In this document: positions 58,501 through 64,000 of the stretch, in pieces
Position numbering within the stretch: the stretch's first letter is position 1
How the letters are laid out: every line of letters begins with the position of its first letter
DNA from: Bugula neritina
Taxonomy: Eukaryota > Animalia > Bryozoa
Assembly (NCBI GenBank): GCA_964035545.1
Contig: OZ037765.1
Coordinates: 3,854,698-3,918,697 of the forward strand
Length of the DNA: 64,000 bases
Reading direction: 5' to 3'
The notes under the pieces: model-generated
What the model was told of the DNA's origin: nothing
The model's database searches: none
The model's input: only the letters and a program-made list of their open reading frames with translations
Translations under genes and position numbers: made by a program

Positions 58501-61500
58501 CTCCACAGTGCATACAGAGTCACCTGGAATATACCACCTAGTTAGAGTCATATAATATACCCCCTAGTTGTAGTTATATAATATACCATCTAGTTATAGT
58601 TATATAATATACCACCTAGTTGTAGTTATATAATATACCACCTAGTTATAGTCATATAATATACCACCTAGTTAGAGTCATATAATATACCCCCTAGTTG
58701 TAGTTATATAATATACCACCTAGTTATAGTTATATAATATACCATTCACTTCTAAACCCACCTGATAATGTGAGACCACCCACCTGATGATGTAAGACCA
58801 CCCACGGCTACGATATACTCGACTATTTCTGTACACAATCTCGGCCTCGTGCGGAAGCTATTCATATGATGGCGACGTTCAGGCATCAGATGGAAATCCT
58901 TTGCCTCGTCTAATAAATCTCTACAACAGCCAATTAAATATACCAGTCAAACTGCTGAATTAGTACGAGGAAATAGCTCACTTGTTACTAACATATCATT
59001 ACAGGAAAATATTGAGACCCATGCAAGACCTCACAGCTGTAGTTACAGAAGGTCCAAAGGCTAAACAAGTCAAACAGCCAGTATAACCTGCAGGGGAGAG
59101 AGCTTTTAATGAGTTCTTCTGTTCCTACTACATCAGCTAGATAGTGGGGGGTTAGCAAGGGCAGCCGCACTTGAGCCACAAGATCTGGTAAGAACTCAGC
59201 CCGTTCTTCTGGAGATTGCTTCACCCACTCCAAAGATGCCTCAAACACCTAAAGGCAAGTTTACAAGGACATAACGACGAGGTATACACAAGGTACAGGA
59301 ATTTCATTTCCATATCTTAGGACTTAGGGTATCACTGAAATGGTAGAAGTAAGCGCTAACCCACCTGTTCTTCAGACGAAATGTTCAACTCATCTCTAGA
59401 GATTATATCTATCACGTCTGATTTCGGTAAATTATTAAACTCTTCAGATCTAAAATATTAAAATAAAACTCATCACTACTGTGCGCCTCGTCTAACTGCA
59501 GTGACATTGCACCACAGAGCATTGTCATTATCATTTTATTCAGTTATATATGTTTTGTTTTTTCTTTCACTTTTGACTAAATACAACAAAACAAACAAGA
59601 TAAAGTATCAAGTTCAATATCCGTATGAGATCGATCAAGAGTTTGACTATCACTATTGGTATGACTATCACTATGACTAATTGCAACTATCACTGTGAAT
59701 TATTAAACGTTACAACATTCACTTCGAGTCAGTCTTAATCTTCCAGTTACTATTATTGCTACATTGCTTTGGCTACTGAAGTCAAGCTAATCTATTCTAT
59801 CCTAGACAAAAAATGTCTAACAACCTGAATGACAATATGAATGGCTGTAGGAAGACCTGGTAAAGCTGAAAGCTATGAATCTGGCAGTTAAACTCTGTAT
59901 AACAAGCCTTAAGCACTCAGTTGCTCTGTTGTAACAACTGATGAATGTGTCAGATAGAAACAATACATATGACAGCCTGAGAGTAAGAGTTAGCAGTTAC
60001 ATTAATAAGTTGACAGAGTTGCTGGCTACTTAGCATATATTTAACTTCTCCTAAAAACAAAAATAAAGCTTTGCATCTCATGCCAATTTATAGTCAATTA
60101 GAATCAATTTCTTGTGCAGACATAATATGACAGGAAGTTGATGAATGAGAATTGTCTTCCTGTCTTATAAAATGCACAGATTTCCAACCATTTGCAAACT
60201 GATTTACAAACTATCGACAGGAAATCATGTTCTGATACTAAAATAGCTTATTTTGCTAAAAAATGACAAACTAGTATAATTTAATTATAAACAACAACAA
60301 TATAACACAGCTGCAGAGTAGCTGTAAAACTGTTACTTTGAAGTAGTAGGTAGTTATCTTACCCTGTTACATCTGTGAAATGCCTATTTATGTATGAGTT
60401 GCAGCACGTTACTATTGTGGGCTCCATCAGCTGGTCTCCAAACTGCCTGGCACCGAGTACATTGGCAGGGCTTAGCCTGCAGGTAAAAGTTACTATAGTA
60501 TACAGTTAGATGCAGGTAAAAGTTGATAAAGTATACAGCCAGATGCAGGTAAAAGCTAATATAGTATACAGCAGAGTATATCTACAGCAGAGTATGTCTA
60601 CAGCAGAGTACATCTACAGCAGAGTATATCTACAGCAGAGTACATCTACAGCAATAAAGGTCACCTGGTGGTGATAAACTCGCAGCACGACTCCTTGACT
60701 TCATATAAGTTAAGAAAGTTGGCACCAATGAGCAGGGACTGTACGTTCTCATCACTAATCTGCACCTTCCCAGTATATGCAAAGTTGACTAGAGCTTCCA
60801 AGGCACTGTAGTCAGAGTAGCATGAGGTATAGATACACATGTGAGAGTTAGCCTAGGGCCACACGGTGCGTATTTTCGCATGCGAAAATTGAAATCACAA
60901 GTAGCAAAGGTGTCCACTGTGCGCGTTGAGAAAACGTTCGCACTTGCGTTGAAAATGCTGAGCGACAAGTGCGAATTGTCTCTGTCATCGTCACCTAATA
61001 GGCTGGTAGTTATTCAGCAAGCCCAATTTCTTTATTTTAGTGCTACATTCCAGTAAATTGCGTTTTATTGAAAGCGAGCGCGATTTAAAAATGAAAGCTT
61101 TATTTATCACGCATCACTGACGCTACAGTGGACACCTTTGCTACTTGTGATTTCAATTTTCGCATGCGAAAATACGCACAGTGTGGCCCTAGGCTTACAG
61201 CACAACTACTACCAGCATTTGTTGATTTGTGGTCAAAGTAGGGTAAGAAACTGACACTAATTACTTATTCTGTTTACACAAAAAAAACCAGTTATCTAAG
61301 CAATATGAAACTTCCAACAATACTCTCTGAATGCTGTGCAACAGGCCTATATTCATGTGACCCTCAAAGGCATAAAAATTACAACGTTTTTGCACACATT
61401 ATATAAGAAATATATGATTAAATAGGAAAAAAGTACCTTTTAAATGTCTTATTTATATACATAATACAAAACATGCAGCCTGCAGTAACTTGTTGGGCTT

Positions 61501-61862
61501 TCATGGTGTAATAACTGATAGGAATTTGGAATTGCGTAATTTGAAAAATACTGATGTTGTGGCCCCAGGTTGAAGCTAAATTTTACAGAATGGCCTTCGC
61601 TATGAAACAGTTGAACACCCCTACTCAGATACTGATGACTTTAACAGCATAACAGCATCTCTATGACAGCATCTCTACTCTGTGGAGTTAAAGAGTACCA
61701 AACACATAGACAACAAGCCTGATATTCATACCTAGCCTCAATGCCTTGCATGCAAATTTCATCTCTTTTTGATTCGACCATGTTATGAGTGAACATAGCC
61801 TCAAAGTAGGGTATTGTAGAAGCTAAGACTATTCTGTGGGCTGTGAACTTCTCATCTCCGAC
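55566..61862 (-). CDS. KLHL18: Kelch-like protein 18 (BTB-BACK-Kelch); first coding exon not found in the window
   Basis: Exons 61862-61732 ([26 protein letters not shown]), 60805-60665, 60476-60363, 59449-59365, 59248-59088, 58920-58784, 58523-58301, 57846-57742, 57233-57122, 56789-56681, 56287-56147, 55783-55566 ([12 protein letters not shown], the KLHL18-type C-terminal kelch motif). Confidence 0.92.
57590..57725. repeat. (TATAG)n-type simple repeat
   Basis: Direct reading; lies in a KLHL18 intron. Confidence 0.85.
58530..58745. repeat. 26-bp tandem minisatellite, ~8 copies, filling most of a KLHL18 intron
   Basis: Unit tataccacctagtta(g/t)agt(c/t)atataa. Confidence 0.9.
60477..60655. 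repeat. Intron made of a ~33-bp unit x3 and a 16-bp unit x5
   Basis: Units tgcaggtaaaagt...agtatacag..aga and cagcagagta(t/c)atcta. Confidence 0.85.
60851..61194. mobile_element. MITE copy 2 (same family as 33803-34145) with TTA target-site duplication
   Basis: Same TIRs and interior as copy 1; TTA at 60848-50 and 61195-97. Confidence 0.92.
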
Positions 61863-62708
61863 CTGCATAACAAGAACTAGCAGTTTACTAAACAAACATA
61901 CCTAATGTACTGTTATGTAAATTCAATGGGTATACAATGATTAAAGTTGCCAATGTGGTACTTGTAGCAATAACTCAACCATAACATAGGTGTTGTTACT
62001 GTAGCTTACTAGTGATAAATATTGCCAACATAGCTGTACTATAGCCTAGGTATTGTTACTACATACAGGCACTTCCTCATTACCTTATGCACACAGAGCT
62101 ACCAGGTTAATTCAAAGTTTGGAAGGTAAAAAATGGGAAATATGTTGATGTATTAGATTAGCAACCAGCTTCCTACTTGAGTGGTGTAATATAGTAAAAA
62201 AAACTGCATGGAATAACTCAATTGTTGCAATAATATGTGTAATTGATCATCAAGGTTAAATAAATATGTCGTCCCCTCAGTATGTAGATATCATTAGCTG
62301 AAAATTAGAAGGTTCTGTATTTCGTTCAGCTGAAAAAACATTTAGAACAAACACTATTTGGTACTATGTAAGTAACACACAACTGTAGAAGATGTCTCAA
62401 AGAGTGTTTAACCCCTATATGAGTTAAATTGATGAGCTGTCTCAAGTGATGATGTCATCACAATGGAATAAAATTCTCAGCCCAACAATCATTTCCTTTA
62501 CTTAAAAAATACTGTAACCAAAGTGATAGAAGGAAACAAAATCCAACATTTGATCTGCAAGTATGGAATCCACCCAATTGCTCACTGTCATGAGTGAAGC
62601 ACTCACTACCACCAGTAAAGTAATTATTGTGTAATAATGATTGAAGTTGCACTTTGAATTCTTGTTATTTCTGTATCAGGTACCAGGGTGACTAAATAGA
62701 ATTCACTT

Positions 62709-62823
62709 GAAGCAGCACAAAGTTGGTGTTTACTGAGTGCAGTAGTTGGGGGCTCAGAGTTGGGACACGTGATGTGAATATATAAACGCTGCACTCAGTC
62801 ACCCCCCAGCTCGGTGCTGCTTC
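62709..62823. repeat. Palindromic element related to the 29088 hairpin
   Basis: gaagcagcacaaagttgg...actgagtgcag pairs with ctgcactcagt...ccagctcggtgctgcttc. Confidence 0.7.
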
Positions 62824-64000
62824 TAGTCATTCCCTTAACTAACACGCGAGCTGGTTAAGTTATTAAGCAGCTTGACTCTTTTTGCTAACTATTATAGATG
62901 CCAAGGCGGTCACAGGATGCTGGTAAGATGTTGACAACTTGAAACTAGTAGTAAAACCATCACTAGCAGTCGCAGATGATCACAATAAGTGTACTTAGTG
63001 CTTGTCACATTAATAATTCATTGAATCAATGCATGAAGACAGAAATCTTGCAGTTGTTGATAAACTATGTGATTACATGATGAAAGAAATGTACTAACTA
63101 ATACAGAGAGGCCATTATCACAGGGACAGTTTTATAGCACCAACATATAACATACAACAACAGTAAATAATTATAATGTTGAATATTGCAATATGTAGCT
63201 AAACCACGACTAAAAACACATTTGTAAGCTTAAAACAACCAGCGCAATGCTAAACACTACAATTTATGATGTTTCATGTTTGAATGAAGAAATGTTCTTT
63301 CAAAGTAGTGCACTCTGGTTGATAGGAAATACATGCAGACTCAAATAAGTATACTTCTTGTCCATGTGAGTGACTTAGTGCCAAACAGATGGCTTTCTGC
63401 TTCTACAGAATATACTTTCTCCCTAGAAAAACATTCTTTTAAACTCGTCTTAATATGTCTTTCATTTCGACCCTGGTATATGGTAAGTTTCAACAATGGT
63501 TTCCACAAAAACTAGTGAGTTTGAATGAACCTTCATAGAGCTGATCTAGATACAATGAAGAGGAGGCATTGCTGGGTTAATTATACAACTTTATAGTTTA
63601 GGCTACATCTGACTTATTTTATTGTGAATAAATGTTTATAACTTTTTTCAGGCAAATACATCTCTACAAGACTGACATAGCAGTCAAAATCCAATAGAAC
63701 AAAGACTGTCGGGTGTTTATATCTAAATATAGAGCTATTATTATTGAATTTATTTTATTCTCCTGATAACCTAATATCTTGCAGGAGCCAACATAAACTA
63801 AGGAGTAGTTGATGCTACAGCTTGCCTGCAGTAAAACAAACATGCAGAGTATGCATATTAAATATTATTTTGTTAAATAGAACTAGCTGGGAGGCTAAGC
63901 CCAGCTTATATATTACTGATGAGTTTCAACATCTAATAGCATGTCATATTACTGCAGTTATGTTATCTGTAAAAACAGTTGCAAACAAGATATAACAACA

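Noticed and set aside
58530-58745. Regular short repeats resembling a CRISPR array
   Set aside because: Head-to-tail units with no unique spacers, inside a eukaryotic intron, with no cas genes.
59938-59980. Second hammerhead-like string CTGATGA...GAAAC (other CTGATGA hits at 15924, 36737 and 63917)
   Set aside because: No stem II or stem III pairing and no correctly placed NUH triplet.
62000-64000. Search for the first coding exon of KLHL18
   Set aside because: No segment encoding the expected LCDV-type BTB start with a suitable donor was found; it probably lies beyond the window.

Overview
AT-rich, intron-containing animal DNA, probably from a lophotrochozoan or similar invertebrate (inferred from the gene families, not provable here). 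About 50 kb of the window is a tandem cluster of six nicotinic acetylcholine receptor (Cys-loop) subunit genes of alpha9/alpha10-like type, labelled A-F here, whose exons I spliced by hand. Only A and F keep the loop-C YxCC motif. B, C, D and E have rebuilt loop C, and three of them (C, D, E) carry an N-glycosylation sequon at its tip. C and D also have an altered pore (V9', K15') and lack the loop-E W-x-P motif. Gene A has an extra ~155-aa extracellular segment between the signal peptide and the ligand-binding domain. Near-identical tracts between otherwise divergent paralogues point to segmental gene conversion. Inside the cluster are a secreted C-type-lectin-like/PAN gene, an intronless FBXL14-like gene, a complete type I hammerhead ribozyme in a structured (TA)n-flanked element, tRNA-derived SINEs (one inverted pair brackets the pore exon of gene C), MITEs and satellites. 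NME5 and KLHL18 (5' end not found in the window) close the window on the minus strand. All coordinates were counted by hand and may be off by a few bases.
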